The translations under genes and the position numbers were made by a program. This document shows positions 39,136-50,158 of a stretch of DNA of 64,000 nucleotides, piece after piece. The notes beneath the pieces are model-generated. The model had not been told where the DNA came from. It saw nothing but the letters and a program-made list of their open reading frames with translations, and did no database searches. Source of the DNA: an uncultured Verrucomicrobiae bacterium (GTDB lineage: Bacteria; Verrucomicrobiota; Verrucomicrobiia; Chthoniobacterales; JAFAMB01); NCBI GenBank assembly GCA_963762565.1, contig CAVXLD010000005.1, forward strand, positions 320,001 through 384,000, given 5' to 3'. Position 1 is the stretch's first letter. Every line of letters begins with the position of its first letter.

Positions 39136-39522
39136 ATGGAACCTGATACGGCCGGCGCCAGTAACGGTCTTCGTCTTTTCAGCAAACTTCTGGGAGTCGG
39201 CTATCTGCTTAACGCAGCCTTAATCCTGTATATCGGCATTGCTCGATCAATTTTGATCTTCAATGCTATGGCCGCGCACGCGTCGGAGCTAAACCCATTG
39301 GTGATGGTGCCGTCCATTTCCTTCGTGATAATTTGCCTTTTATTTGTGGCCGGCTTAACCGCATTGAGCCTCCGTTTATTCGCCGGCAAACAGGGTTGGC
39401 CGACATGGACTCTAGCCGTCCTTTTCTTGATGAGTATCCCGATTGGGACAGTCCTCGGGATTTTGACCATCGTCTGGCTGATCCTTTCACGGCGAGCTGA
39501 GCGACAACCAGCCAGCGGCTAG
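39136..39522 (+). CDS. Hypothetical membrane protein
   Basis: 3-4 TM segments, IPIGTVLGILTIVWL. Confidence 0.7.
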   Translation: MEPDTAGASNGLRLFSKLLGVGYLLNAALILYIGIARSILIFNAMAAHASELNPLVMVPSISFVIICLLFVAGLTALSLRLFAGKQGWPTWTLAVLFLMSIPIGTVLGILTIVWLILSRRAERQPASG

Positions 39523-39578
39523 AAGACAGAAAGAATAGCCGCAAAAGAACGCAAAAAAAGACGCCCTAAAACCCAGTC

Positions 39579-39722
39579 TCTCACAAAGCCACAAAGACAC
39601 AAAGAAAGGCGAAGATTGACGCTGCGTCTTGCCGAGGCCTGCTAACGCTCGTTCCCCTCGACCCCGCTCGCTAAACTTTTGGGCCGGGCTGGTCCTTCGT
39701 GTATTTGTGCCTTTGTGTGAGA
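39579..39722. repeat. IR element with CACAAAGN 8-mer arms
   Basis: 39579-39606 vs 39695-39722. Confidence 0.8.
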
Positions 39723-39777
39723 TGATATCCGGCGGCTGACGGGGAGGTACGCTCCACGATGTGTCCAATCACCATAC

Positions 39778-40617
39778 TCACCTCTCCCGTTTCACGCGTG
39801 TCACCAACTGGGTTGGGTCGACTACGCGCAGAGCGATCACCAGCGGGATCAGGGCAGTCACCATATAGATAACGGCCATGGCGTCGATCGATTGGCCGGC
39901 TCGAACGCCGGCTGCGAACACTGTGTAATATAAGGCCACAACGAGTGTCTGACTATCCGGACCCGCGGTCAAAAAGGTTAGTTCGAACATACCGATCGTG
40001 CGCACTAGAACCAGGAGACCGGCGGCAAGGATACCGGGTGCAAGTAGCGGCACAAGAACGTGCCTAAAAAGGCGTAGTGTGCCCGCGCCAAAAACCCGAG
40101 CGGCAGCTTCCAGCTTCGGATCGATCTGTTCAATAAACGGTGTCATCACCAAGATAACAAATGGCACCGCAGGGACGAGGTTGCCTAGAATGACACCGGT
40201 GATAGTGCCACCCAGATGCAAGCTGTAGAGCAAGGTCGCCAGCGGGATCCCGTAGGTCATGGGCGGAACCAGTAATGGTAAAACAAAAATCAAAAGGGTG
40301 ATTCGTTTAAATCGAAAATTTCGGCGCGCCAAAGCGTAAGCAGCAGGGACACCGAGCAGAAGTGAAATTGCTACCACCGCAAACACGACCTCGACAGTAA
40401 CCGTCAATACACTATCTAGCTGGAACTCGCTCCACGCTGTCGAATACCACCGCAAAGTGAACCCGCTCGGCAACCACGTGCCCAGCCAGGTAGTAGCAAA
40501 AGAATTAACCACCACCACGGCGATTACGGCGAGAACGTTGAGAACAAAAAACCCGATCGCAACCCAGACTAGGAGGCGGGGGAGGTGATTGGTGAGTGGT
40601 GATTGGTGATTGGTCAT
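39778..40617 (-). CDS. PotC-like ABC permease
   Basis: FTLRWY, PAAYALAR, LEAAARVFGA; N-terminus TNHQSPLTNH is encoded by a repeat arm. Confidence 0.88.
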   Translation of the reverse strand: MTNHQSPLTNHLPRLLVWVAIGFFVLNVLAVIAVVVVNSFATTWLGTWLPSGFTLRWYSTAWSEFQLDSVLTVTVEVVFAVVAISLLLGVPAAYALARRNFRFKRITLLIFVLPLLVPPMTYGIPLATLLYSLHLGGTITGVILGNLVPAVPFVILVMTPFIEQIDPKLEAAARVFGAGTLRLFRHVLVPLLAPGILAAGLLVLVRTIGMFELTFLTAGPDSQTLVVALYYTVFAAGVRAGQSIDAMAVIYMVTALIPLVIALRVVDPTQLVTRVKRER

Positions 40618-40896
40618 AACGCCTGGGGTTTCGCCCTACGCAATTTGCTAGGCTCCTCGCGAGGCTTCTTTGGCGGATTGTGTGCGGGCGAAATAGCCGG
40701 GGAGGGATCGCGTCCTCGTCCGGCAGCCGCCGGATTGTTACCGAAGTCGAGGATGTCTGGGGATCGGCGAGGAGTTCACCTGTTGTTTGTCGTTCGCTGT
40801 TCACGTGCGCCCTCACCAATCACCGCGGAAACGCGGCATTGAGCTTTCTACCTGGCCCTTTGCATGTCCAATCACTAATCACTTATCACCTCTCAC
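40581..40896. repeat. IR element (GTGATTG arms) enclosing a degenerate REP doublet
   Basis: 40581-40617 vs 40869-40896. Confidence 0.8.
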
Positions 40897-40898
40897 GG

Positions 40899-41780
40899 TT
40901 AACCTTTGGCGCCTCCCGTCGGTCCTCGATAAAACAGACCGCGGAGACCGAGAACTAACACCACCACTACGAGCTGTACACCCGCCATGATGATCGCAAT
41001 CGCCGAAGCCATGGAATAATCGTAGTCCTCAAATGCAGCCTGATAAGCTGCGATCGAAATCACTCGAGTAGGGCCGGCGGGTGCACCCAGCAAGACCGCA
41101 GACGGGAACACCGAAAAGGCTTGCACAAAGGAAAGGCAAAACGCGATGGCTAATCCGGGAATGAGCAGCGGCAGGTAAACATGGATAAATTGTTTGCCCG
41201 GACTCGCTCCGAGTGTGGCGGCGGCCTGTGGCAGCGCAGGATCGATTCCAGTCAGGTAGCTCAGGATCAGGAGGTAAGCGAAGGGAAATCCACTGAGAAC
41301 GAGTGATAGAAACACGCCCCAATAATTGTGAGTCAGGTGGACCGGAGAGGTCGACAAATGTAGCAATATCAGGATTCGGCTTAGCCAACCTTGCGGACCC
41401 AGGTAGAGCAGAAGACCCTCAGCGATCAGTACAGTTCCCAACGTAATGGGGACTACCAGGACGGTTGTCAGTGTCCGCTGGAACGGATGCCGTCGGGTAA
41501 CAAACGCAATTGGCAACGCTAACCCGACGTTGATGAACGTTGTCGGCAATGATAGCCATAGCGTCGTCCAGATTGTCTCTCGCTGAAACGCCGTTGAGAA
41601 GAATTTTTGGTAGTTCTCGAAGCCGGCTCCCTGGTGGGTCGACAACGAGAGCACAAGGCCGAATAAGAATGGACATAGAAAGAGCGCCACGACCAGGAGC
41701 AGAGCGGGTGCTACCAACAACGCGACCCGATCTTGACGGTTCACCGTTCCAGCGACCTGCCTGTCGCGTTGATTGTTCAC
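40899..41780 (-). CDS. PotB-like ABC permease
   Basis: LLVAPAL, FENY, AAATLGASP, FSVFPSAVLLG. Confidence 0.88.
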   Translation of the reverse strand: MNNQRDRQVAGTVNRQDRVALLVAPALLLVVALFLCPFLFGLVLSLSTHQGAGFENYQKFFSTAFQRETIWTTLWLSLPTTFINVGLALPIAFVTRRHPFQRTLTTVLVVPITLGTVLIAEGLLLYLGPQGWLSRILILLHLSTSPVHLTHNYWGVFLSLVLSGFPFAYLLILSYLTGIDPALPQAAATLGASPGKQFIHVYLPLLIPGLAIAFCLSFVQAFSVFPSAVLLGAPAGPTRVISIAAYQAAFEDYDYSMASAIAIIMAGVQLVVVVLVLGLRGLFYRGPTGGAKG

Positions 41781-41936
41781 GCTTGCGCCGCCTCGCTGTC
41801 AGATTGAATGCGGGCCCATCGCCGGGAGGGATCGCAGCCTGTCCGACATAGTGTCTCTCTGGATTTTTTTCTCACGTCGGATCCTCGCGATCCGTCTTTA
41901 TTGCGATAGTCTGCGGAGGCGGATTCGAAGCGTTTG

Positions 41937-43091
41937 TCATTCGGGAGGAAAAACGAGCACGCGCTCCGCCGGTATCGCCAAACGCAGCCTCTCGCCTGCG
42001 ACCACGCGTTTCTGAGTTCGTACGTGCAGTAGAAGCCCGGCAGACGTCACAACATCGACCAGATAATCGCGTCCACAGTACTCGACGATCTCCGCTTGAC
42101 CCGACAACACGTTTCCTACGTCGACTGACCCCTGGCTCATCTCGGGTGCGTCCACCTGAACGTCATCGGGTCGGATGGCAGCAACGGCCCGGCCGGTCGT
42201 GAGCGGCTCCTGGGCAACGCCTTCGAGCCGCATACCGGGCCCGGTCAGTGAAACTCGATTCTCTAGAATCCGGTCGACTTCAAGATCGAGGATGTTCCGA
42301 TAGCCCATAAACCGCGCGACTTTCAGATTCGCGGGTCTGGTATAGAGCTCTTCCGGTGCATCGATCTGCAGTGTCCGGCCCTCGTTCATCACGACTATTC
42401 GGTCGGCCAGTGACAACGCTTCATCCTGATCGTGCGTGACATAGATAGTGGTCCGCTGCAAATCGCGATGGATACGCTTAATCTCGGCGCGCATCTCCAG
42501 GCGTAATTTGGCGTCGAGATTAGATAGAGGTTCGTCCATGAGAATAAGTGGCGGCTCGATCACGATGGCGCGGGCGATGGCAACCCGTTGTTGTTGGCCG
42601 CCCGAAAGCCGGCCCGGTAACTTATCTGCGTGCGCTTGCAGTTGAACCAGCTCCAGTGCAGCATCGACTCGGCCACGGATTTCCTTTTTTGGAAATCCCC
42701 GCATCATGAGTCCAAAAGCAACATTCCGGCGCACAGTCAGATGCGGAAAGAGGGCGTAATTCTGGAAAACCATTCCGAAACCGCGCCGTTCAGGAGGCAA
42801 TTCATCAATCCGCTGCTGGTCCAGCCAAATGCTTCCGCCTGTCAACGGCAACAACCCCGCCACGCAATTCAGCGCGGTCGATTTGCCGCAGCCCGAGGGG
42901 CCGAGTAAGGCGATAAACTCGCCTGCTTGAATCGTCAGATCCATCCCGGCTAGAGCAACCGCGCTCCCGAAATGCCGGCTCACCCGCTGAAGACAGAGCT
43001 GTTTAAAGGTTTGCGGCCGACCTTCGCCAAGCCATTCTTTCCGGTTAGCGTTCGGCGTTTGGCGTTCGGCGTTCGGCGATGCAGAGGACAT
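41937..43091 (-). CDS. PotA-like ABC ATPase with TOBE domain
   Basis: [35 protein letters not shown]; start probably ATG 43091. Confidence 0.92.
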   Translation of the reverse strand: MSSASPNAERQTPNANRKEWLGEGRPQTFKQLCLQRVSRHFGSAVALAGMDLTIQAGEFIALLGPSGCGKSTALNCVAGLLPLTGGSIWLDQQRIDELPPERRGFGMVFQNYALFPHLTVRRNVAFGLMMRGFPKKEIRGRVDAALELVQLQAHADKLPGRLSGGQQQRVAIARAIVIEPPLILMDEPLSNLDAKLRLEMRAEIKRIHRDLQRTTIYVTHDQDEALSLADRIVVMNEGRTLQIDAPEELYTRPANLKVARFMGYRNILDLEVDRILENRVSLTGPGMRLEGVAQEPLTTGRAVAAIRPDDVQVDAPEMSQGSVDVGNVLSGQAEIVEYCGRDYLVDVVTSAGLLLHVRTQKRVVAGERLRLAIPAERVLVFPPE

Positions 43092-43257
43092 TAGGTTCCA
43101 AATTTCTATACGGCAGATCGCCTGCAAGGAGTGTTTTGCTCGAGCCTAGATAAATCCGCAGTCGACAGTGGCTGCCCCCGACCGCGCCAAACGCCGAACG
43201 CCGAACGCCAAACGCCAAACGCCGAACGCCAAACGCCAAACGCCAAACGCCAAACGC
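43044..43257. repeat. IR element with GGCGTTY/RAACGCC 7-mer arms (about 4 vs 10 units)
   Basis: 43044-43078 vs 43183-43257; encodes [10 protein letters not shown] in the ATPase N-terminus. Confidence 0.9.
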
Positions 43258-43263
43258 ATACAC

Positions 43264-44511
43264 TCACCGCGATTTGGCTGCTCCGATTTCTTCGTCCCAA
43301 CGGTGGAAAGCGGTTACCATTGCTTTCGCATCAAGCGGAGTCTCTTTTGGATTGTCAGCAATCAAACTGTCGTACTCTGGCCGGCCGAATTCCTTTATTA
43401 CTTGCTGGCTGTGCTCAGGCGCCATTGAAATCGGCACATCTTTGACCGCTGGACCCGGATAAAAGTATCCGTCGTCATAGGTCGTAGCTTGCTGTTCCGG
43501 TCTCAATAAGAAAGCCATCAAATCCAGCAGCACCGCGATTTTCTCCGGCGCCATTCCTTTTGGAATCACCATATAATGTCCGTCGGTAACCCAATGGAAC
43601 CCTTTCAGCGCGGCTACTTGCGCCGATTTCGGAACGATGCCAAGAACGCGGGGATTGATGTCCCAGCCTGTCGTACTAGCGATAATATCGCGCGACCCCT
43701 CGCCAAATTCCTTCATCGTCGCTGTAGTCCCGGAAGGATAATAGTCGACGTACTTGTTCAATTCCTTCAAGTAGGACCAGGTCTTCTCCCAACCATTGAC
43801 TGGGTCTTTCGGGCTAGAATCCCCGAGAAGATAGGGTAACCCCATCAAAAGAGTTCGTCCCGGACCGGAATTCGCCGGCCGGGCATACATGAACCGTCCG
43901 GGATGCGCCTTGCACCATGCGAGTAGTTCATCTGTACTTTTCGGAACATCTTTCACCCGTTCAGGCGCGTACTCTAGAAGTGGACCCGAAGGATAATACG
44001 TGACTGTGATGCCGTAGCCTTTTCCCAGCTGGTACAAGTCCCGAGCCGGAGGTAAATAATTTGACTCCAGGTTTGGAAATTTATCCTGATAATCCGGCAT
44101 CAGCCTTAACCAAAGGTCTTGGTCGATACCGGCCGCAAGTCCGTCTAAGCCGGTGAGAACGAGATCAATGTCAAGACGCCCTGCATTCTGTTGCGCCTTA
44201 ATCTTGCTGGGGAGCTCTGGGGCAGGAGCCTGATTGTAGTGAATTTGGCTAACCAGCTTAGGATTCACCTTGCGATAGTTCTCAATGCTTTGTTTGGTCA
44301 GCTGCAGGTTGCCGGCCACATCAATGATGTTGAGCATCACCGGGTTATTCGGCAGTGCCGGCGCGTCTGCCCAGGCAGAAAGCAGATTGCCAGGCAAAAA
44401 CGTTGCCGCTGCGGTGGAAGCAGAAACTCCGGCGATAAAACGTCGCCGGGTGATCTCCTGTTCGCGTTTTAGCGAACTCGAGCCATTGGTCTTAGAAGGG
44501 GAGTCAGCCAT
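43264..44511 (-). CDS. PotD/Fe/thiamine-class ABC substrate-binding protein, Tat-exported
   Basis: TRRRFI twin-arginine signal; YARPANSGPGRT; GYFYPGP. Confidence 0.85.
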   Translation of the reverse strand: MADSPSKTNGSSSLKREQEITRRRFIAGVSASTAAATFLPGNLLSAWADAPALPNNPVMLNIIDVAGNLQLTKQSIENYRKVNPKLVSQIHYNQAPAPELPSKIKAQQNAGRLDIDLVLTGLDGLAAGIDQDLWLRLMPDYQDKFPNLESNYLPPARDLYQLGKGYGITVTYYPSGPLLEYAPERVKDVPKSTDELLAWCKAHPGRFMYARPANSGPGRTLLMGLPYLLGDSSPKDPVNGWEKTWSYLKELNKYVDYYPSGTTATMKEFGEGSRDIIASTTGWDINPRVLGIVPKSAQVAALKGFHWVTDGHYMVIPKGMAPEKIAVLLDLMAFLLRPEQQATTYDDGYFYPGPAVKDVPISMAPEHSQQVIKEFGRPEYDSLIADNPKETPLDAKAMVTAFHRWDEEIGAAKSR

Positions 44512-44575
44512 TTTTCGGGGGATTGCAGTTTATTCTTAGCAGATTTCATCAGCTTCTCTAGAGAAATTTCGTCCC

Positions 44576-45157
44576 TCGTCCTCGAAACTCTGGTAGGGCG
44601 AGGCTCCAAAACGTAATAGGCTGCTGGCATACTTAGCGCCCGCGGCTACTCCGTCTAGTAGGTTACGTAAGCATGGCCGAGCCGGGGATGGAGCGTGGCA
44701 AAGATTGAGCGTGCTCTCTTGTTGCGAATCCGGTCTTGGGTCATCGCCCTGGTGTGGCACGCTTATCGGACCAAATCATACTGTCCCTTTCGGGACGGGC
44801 CGCCTTCTTACACCATTCCAGGCACTAAACTGCCTGGCTACCATCGTAAAGTCCCTCCAGGACAGAAACCTTACACGAGCCCATCGCCAGGAGGGATCGC
44901 GTCCTCGCGATCAGCTGTTACCGAAGCCGAGCACGTGTTCTAATCATCGGCGAAAATACACGCTTCGGTTATGGCACGTCCTCGCGGCGCGCGGGGACGC
45001 GCGCCCTCCCGAATACGTGACCACGCGCCCATCGCTGGGAGGGATCGCGTCTCGTGATCGTTGTTAACGAAGCCAAGCACGTGTTCTAATCACCGGCGAA
45101 AATAGACCCTTCGGTTATGGCACATCCTCGCGGCGCGCGGGGACGCGCGCCCTCCCC
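44576..45157. mobile_element. Non-coding composite REP-type element, copy 1 (last ~140 bp module tandemly duplicated)
   Basis: Colinear and highly similar to 55647-56106; modules at 44878-45010 and 45027-45157. Confidence 0.8.
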
Positions 45158-45230
45158 GATCTGCACCCTGCGAACGCTGTTGGAGAGGGACATCCTCCAA
45201 CCCGAAAACCTAAAACCTAAAACCTCCAAC

Positions 45231-47010
45231 TCATGACCCTTTTAAGTAACGATCAAAGAATTGGAGCTCCCGCCGGATCGCATCGATCTGGTTCTCGCGC
45301 TTACTGAATCTGTGCCCCTCATTCGGATAATAATGAGCCTCCACAGTCTTCCCCGCATCACGGAGGATCTTTACCACTTGTTCGGCTTCTTCTTTGGGAA
45401 CGCGGATATCGTTATCGCCTTGTAGCACTAACAGGGGCGCCTTTGCGTTCCTGATGTACGCCAAGGGAGAATCAGCCTCGTAAATGGAACGATCCTTATC
45501 CGGATCACCGAGGAGCGATTTTTCGTATTGCTGAAGAAGCGGGTCTTCGTGCTGCAGCATGGTCAACCAATTGATAATGCCGAACATTTCGACCACGGCT
45601 GCCCTACATCCGGTGTCTTACCAATCGCCATCATCGTCATATAGCCGCCATAGGAGCCTCCGGTGATCCCGATTTTCTTCGGATTGACGTAGCCGGTGGC
45701 TTCAAGGAATTTCGCCGCATAAACTTCGTCTTGTAAGTCGCCGCCACCTAGGTCTTTGACATTCGCTTTTTGAAACTCGATGCCGTACCCGGTCGATCCT
45801 CGCACATTTGGAGCGATGCAAACGTAGCCGCGCGTAACCAAGGTAATGATCCCGCGGCTGAAGTTATCAACGGTTTGTCCGGTAGGTCCTCCGTGCGGAA
45901 GCACAATTCCAGGGTTCGACCCGTCTCGCTTGAGGTTGAACGGTGCCCAAACAAAGGCGCTAATGATCTTACCATCGAAAGTTTTGTAGTGGACCAATTG
46001 AGAGGCGGGGATTTTGGCCGCGCTGAGGCTCGCAATCGCAGAAAACGTTAACTGCCGCGCCTGATGCCGGGCAATATCGTAATCCACGGATGATTCGCTC
46101 TCGAGCTCTCGTGTGCGACTAGGAGAGGTCCTTTTTGCGGCGAGAACGGGTTGTGTTCGGTGGTCCTATTTAATCCGTCTGGGAAACTGATTTTCTCGCC
46201 GTGCCGGGTGGCGGTTTCTGCGAGATAGGCGTCGACCCGTCCGTCTTCGTTCACATAATAAGTAAATTGTTTGCAATCCTGGGGAAGAATACCGAACGCT
46301 TCCACTTCAGGTCAGTTACCCAGGTTGGTTTTTTGGTAAGGAGATCGATCTCCGCGACATTAAAGTAACCGCCTGGCCGGTCTGCTGATACCAGAAGAGT
46401 AGCGCCGTCCGGCGAAATGGAAGAAAGGGTAGTCCGCACTTCTCCCTGGTGCGGTGTTAGGTTTTCCAATTTGCCGGTGGCGACTTCGATTCGATAGATA
46501 TCGCTGTCAGTGAACCCAGCGTTGGAACGGGTTGAATAAATGAATTGCCATCTGGACTCCAGACTATGTCGACCGACGAATGGTCCGGGCTCTTTTCCTG
46601 GGTGAGGTTACGGACGGTGTGCCGGTTCCAATCGAGCACCGCGACGTCGGTGGATGGCGATGTTTTGGGCTTATAAAGCAGAGCCAATGATTGTCCGTCA
46701 GGTGACCATGTCGGGTCCGTTTCGGAGATGTCTGGTGTGTTAGTGAGGTTAACGACCGCACCGCCGTCACTGGGAATCGCGTAAATATCATACATCTCAT
46801 CTCCGCCTCGATCCGATGTGAAGGCGATCCATTTTCCATCGGGTGACCAAGCGGCGCCCACCTGGCGTTCATCGGATTGGCTGAGTTGAATCGGCCATCC
46901 GCCGTCCGCTTTACCTTCCACAGATTGTATCGACCGGTGAAGGCTGAAAACGATATTTCATCCGCGACCAGGCCCGCCGGCAAGCGAGCGAGTGTAGAAA
47001 AGGTCATCAA
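45231..47010 (-). pseudogene. S9 peptidase (PD40 propeller + catalytic domain), about 5 frameshifts, 5'-truncated
   Basis: Successive fragments: WSPDGKWIAF, PHGGP, PNVRGSTGYG, GGSYGG, QGDND.RVP, NEGH. Confidence 0.88.
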
Positions 47011-47031
47011 TTGGAATCGGGACGGCGTTCA

Positions 47032-47208
47032 CTACAGATTACACAGATTACTGCGGATTTCGTATTTCAGGTTCCGCGATCACTACCAAGCTGAACGCCA
47101 AATAGACAGACCAAAGGGATGTATTTCATAACGGGGTATCCGCACTGGTCTCCCGCCTCGATAGCCGCCGACTTCTGGCGTCAATCCGAAATCTGCAAAA
47201 TCTGCGGA
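47032..47208. repeat. Degenerate CGCAGATTA-type IR element
   Basis: acagattacacagatt / aatctgcaaaatctgcgg. Confidence 0.65.
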
Positions 47209-47271
47209 TATTTACTCTTTCTTTCTGCGGTCGTTCTTGAACGTCCAGTCGCTCGGCTTAAAGAACCAGGT

Positions 47272-47619
47272 ATGCCCTATCTATCGATCCAGACCAACAA
47301 AGAGTTAGAGGAGAAGGAACAGAGCCGGCTGCTGGCGGAGGCATCCAAGATTGTTGCCGCTAAGCTAAACAAACCAGAGAAGTACGTCATGGTTGCCTGG
47401 ACAGCGGCGCCAAAAATGATTTTTGATAATGATCCGAACGGCGCTGCGTTTCTCGAACTGCAAAGCATTGGTATCCCGGAAGCAAGTCGCCAGGAACTTG
47501 CTGCCGCATTAGCCAAATGTGTCGCTCAATTCCTCGGAATAGACGCCGATCGCGTCTATTTGGTGATGAAGGACGTACCCGCTAAATACTGGGCACAAGG
47601 CGAACAGACGTTTGGCTAA
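47272..47619 (+). CDS. MIF / phenylpyruvate tautomerase family protein
   Basis: N-terminal Pro (MPYLSIQTN), KPEKYVMV, SIG, RVY, W....TF. Confidence 0.9.
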   Translation: MPYLSIQTNKELEEKEQSRLLAEASKIVAAKLNKPEKYVMVAWTAAPKMIFDNDPNGAAFLELQSIGIPEASRQELAAALAKCVAQFLGIDADRVYLVMKDVPAKYWAQGEQTFG

Positions 47620-47670
47620 CCCAGCGCTCTTTTTGCCACAAGCCCGAGCAAACGCCGGCAAAACGGGAAA

Positions 47671-48032
47671 GATCCGCAGATTACGCAGCGAAAGTTCCGG
47701 GGTAAAATTACGCAGATTTCGTTGCGAGGTGAGTTAGCATCACGGGTTAAGGAGAACGTATTGGTACGAAAGATTTATCTTTCTCGCCGGCGGCATCAAA
47801 GCTCACAACGAAATCTGCGCAATCTGCGAAATCTGCGGATCATTTCTCTTTGTGACCGTGGCTCCACCGAGTGACCGACGAGAGTTCTAGAACCATCTGC
47901 GCCCCAGCTAAATCAGTGTCTATCTGGTTCATCCGCCTCCGCAAGGCCTGCGGCGCGACAGGTTCTGCGGTTAGGGTCTTTGTTCCTGTTCGTTCCCAGG
48001 TTTCCCGCTCGTGATTGGTGCCCATCTGCGGT
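47671..48032. repeat. CGCAGATTA IR element (47671-47841) followed by unpaired ATCTGCGGTT arms with mini-insertions
   Basis: gatccgcagatt...aatctgcggatc; inserts at 47689-47706 and ~47933-47963. Confidence 0.8.
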
Positions 48033-48275
48033 TCGGCCGTGCATGCCGCAGATAACTAGTTGGAGCTGCAAGGAACACAGCGACCGAAGTCCATTCAGGT
48101 CACAGCGCTCCAAGCAGCTCCGTTCTACGAGTTCCCGAAAACCCAAGCCCTCCTGGCTTTAGTGCCCGTGCTCGTCTTGTCTGATATCTTTTTTGTCTGC
48201 CCTGATATCCTTCTCCACCGCTTTGATCTTTTCCTTCTCCTTATCGATCACGCTTTTGCTTTTATGCTCTAGCCG

Positions 48276-48402
48276 GTGAGCAGTAAGCCGTAAGCAGTAA
48301 GCCGTAAGTGAGCAGTCACCCCAGCAGCGACTTTCGATCGAGTAGCGAAGCTGACGACTGATTTACTGCTCACTGCTCACTGCTTACTGCTCACTGCTTA
48401 CT
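48276..48402. repeat. IR element with GTAAGCA/GTGAGCA 7-mer arms
   Basis: 48276-48318 vs 48358-48402. Confidence 0.85.
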
Positions 48403-48425
48403 TAGCGCGACCGAGTCTCTCAATC

Positions 48426-49250
48426 TCACACGGTCTGGGCGAGCCGCGGAGTCCGGGCTGCATGCTCGGCGCCTCCGCCCATCTCTCGTTCGTAAAGAGG
48501 GACGACTTCAGTAGTAGGTCCAAACATCTCGACTTGCCCCTGGCGCAGCCAGAGGCAGAGTTGGCTTGTCCGGCGGACGTGGGCCGTCTCGTGATTGACC
48601 ATGATCGTGGTATGCCCTTGCTTGATGATCGCATCCATCCGTTCAAAACACTTCTTTTTGAACGCAGCGTCTCCGACCGCGATGACTTCATCTAAAATGA
48701 CGATCTCCGGGTTGAGATTCGCGGCCACGGAAAAAGCTAAACGGATGTACATCCCGCTTGAATAGTTCTTAACGGGTACATCTATGAACCGTTCTAGCCC
48801 GGAGAAATCAACGATCTCGTCGAACTTTCCCCGGATCTCCTTCTTGGAAAAACCGAGCATCGTCCCATTTAGATAGATGTTGTCTCGTCCGGAAAACTCA
48901 GGATGAAACCCGGCTCCTACCTCGAGCAGGCTCGCTAACCGGCCGAAGACCCTGGCCTTTCCTGCGGTGGGTTGAGTAATGCGAGATAAGATCTTGAGTA
49001 AAGTGGACTTGCCCGCTCCGTTCTCCCCGATAATGGCTAACGTTTGGCCTTGATACAATTGAAAGGAGACATCACGCAGCGCCCAGAAACCGTTGCGGGA
49101 ACTTTCTATCTCGCCGAGTGCTCGAGTCTGGAGCAGCCGGTGCACACCGGTGACGGTGCTGGACCAGATATCCTCAAAAAATGTCCGCTGGTTGCGTTCA
49201 CCGAGGAAAAACTCTTTCGAGATATGATGAGCTTCGATGGCAATTGGCAT
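48426..49250 (-). CDS. wzt: Polysaccharide ABC exporter ATPase (no C-terminal sugar-binding domain)
   Basis: FWALRDVSF, GENGAGKS, LEVGAGFHPE, YSSGM..RLAFS, DEVIAVGDAAF. Confidence 0.88.
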   Translation of the reverse strand: MPIAIEAHHISKEFFLGERNQRTFFEDIWSSTVTGVHRLLQTRALGEIESSRNGFWALRDVSFQLYQGQTLAIIGENGAGKSTLLKILSRITQPTAGKARVFGRLASLLEVGAGFHPEFSGRDNIYLNGTMLGFSKKEIRGKFDEIVDFSGLERFIDVPVKNYSSGMYIRLAFSVAANLNPEIVILDEVIAVGDAAFKKKCFERMDAIIKQGHTTIMVNHETAHVRRTSQLCLWLRQGQVEMFGPTTEVVPLYEREMGGGAEHAARTPRLAQTV

Positions 49251-50158
49251 TAGATCGTATCTGTGAAAGTTCTCTCGGCCCTTTTGAAGCAGGTAACGCC
49301 AACTATGGCCACCACGAGCGTAATCGCGGTCGCGATGATAAGAGGCTGAGTGTTAGCGTGTTCTGTGCCAAATAAGCTTGAGCGATAACATTCCACAAAG
49401 CTCGCCATGGGGTTCAGCGTAATCAGCCAGTGCAGATTCGCTGGCACAGCGCTCCGTGGACAAATTACCAAGCTGCCATACATCCAGAGGTTGAGCATGT
49501 AGCCAACCACAATCGTCAGGTCCCGATATTTCACCGTGGCTGCTGCGATCAGACAACCGAGGCCTAGAGCCAATAAGGCCATTAATCCAAGGATCAATGG
49601 CAATTCAAACAGTCGCAGACTCAGCTCGATTCTTTTCCCACTGAGCGCGTAGAAGCCGATCACGACGAACAAGACCAGCAACTGGGGAAGAAAGTTAAGC
49701 ACATTCGTGCCGATCTGGCTGAGCGGCATGATAAGGCGCGGGAAGTAGATCTTTCGGAAGACCGTGGCGTTCAGCAGAAAGGTATACGCCACCTGGCTCA
49801 CACAATTCGAAAAGAAATTCCAAACGATGATGCCAGACATATAGAAAACCAACGGCGGTAAATCCGTGGTGGAAAGGCGAGCAATGCGGCTAAAGATGAC
49901 CAAAAAAGTGAGCGAGGCAATGAATGGCTGAACGAAAAACCAGAGCGGTCCAAGAGCAGTCTGTTTATAGGCAGCAACGAAATCTCTTTTGACAAGCAAT
50001 GAAAAAAGCTCGCGGTAGGCCCAAAGATCTCTCGGATGGCCATCGAGCGCTTTACCCGGCTCAACCACATAGCTCGGTCTGGCAACGTTTATTTCAGAGG
50101 CTGACATCGCATCGGAATTAGGTTGATGGACCTGATCTGCGCCGTGAGCGGGCGACAC
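49250..50158 (-). CDS. wzm: Polysaccharide ABC exporter permease
   Basis: LWAYREL, YKQTALG..W, KIYFPR, YRD, LNPM; start may be ATG 50107. Confidence 0.88.
   Translation of the reverse strand: MSPAHGADQVHQPNSDAMSASEINVARPSYVVEPGKALDGHPRDLWAYRELFSLLVKRDFVAAYKQTALGPLWFFVQPFIASLTFLVIFSRIARLSTTDLPPLVFYMSGIIVWNFFSNCVSQVAYTFLLNATVFRKIYFPRLIMPLSQIGTNVLNFLPQLLVLFVVIGFYALSGKRIELSLRLFELPLILGLMALLALGLGCLIAAATVKYRDLTIVVGYMLNLWMYGSLVICPRSAVPANLHWLITLNPMASFVECYRSSLFGTEHANTQPLIIATAITLVVAIVGVTCFKRAERTFTDTI

Noticed and set aside
43045..43445. ORFs with AFGVWR / QTPNAER repeats
   Set aside because: Read-through of the 7-mer arrays.
44536..45067. Transposase or protein-coding ORFs in the composite repeat (also 55538-56165)
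   Set aside because: Frames are not conserved between the two copies, and there are no HUH or DDE motifs.
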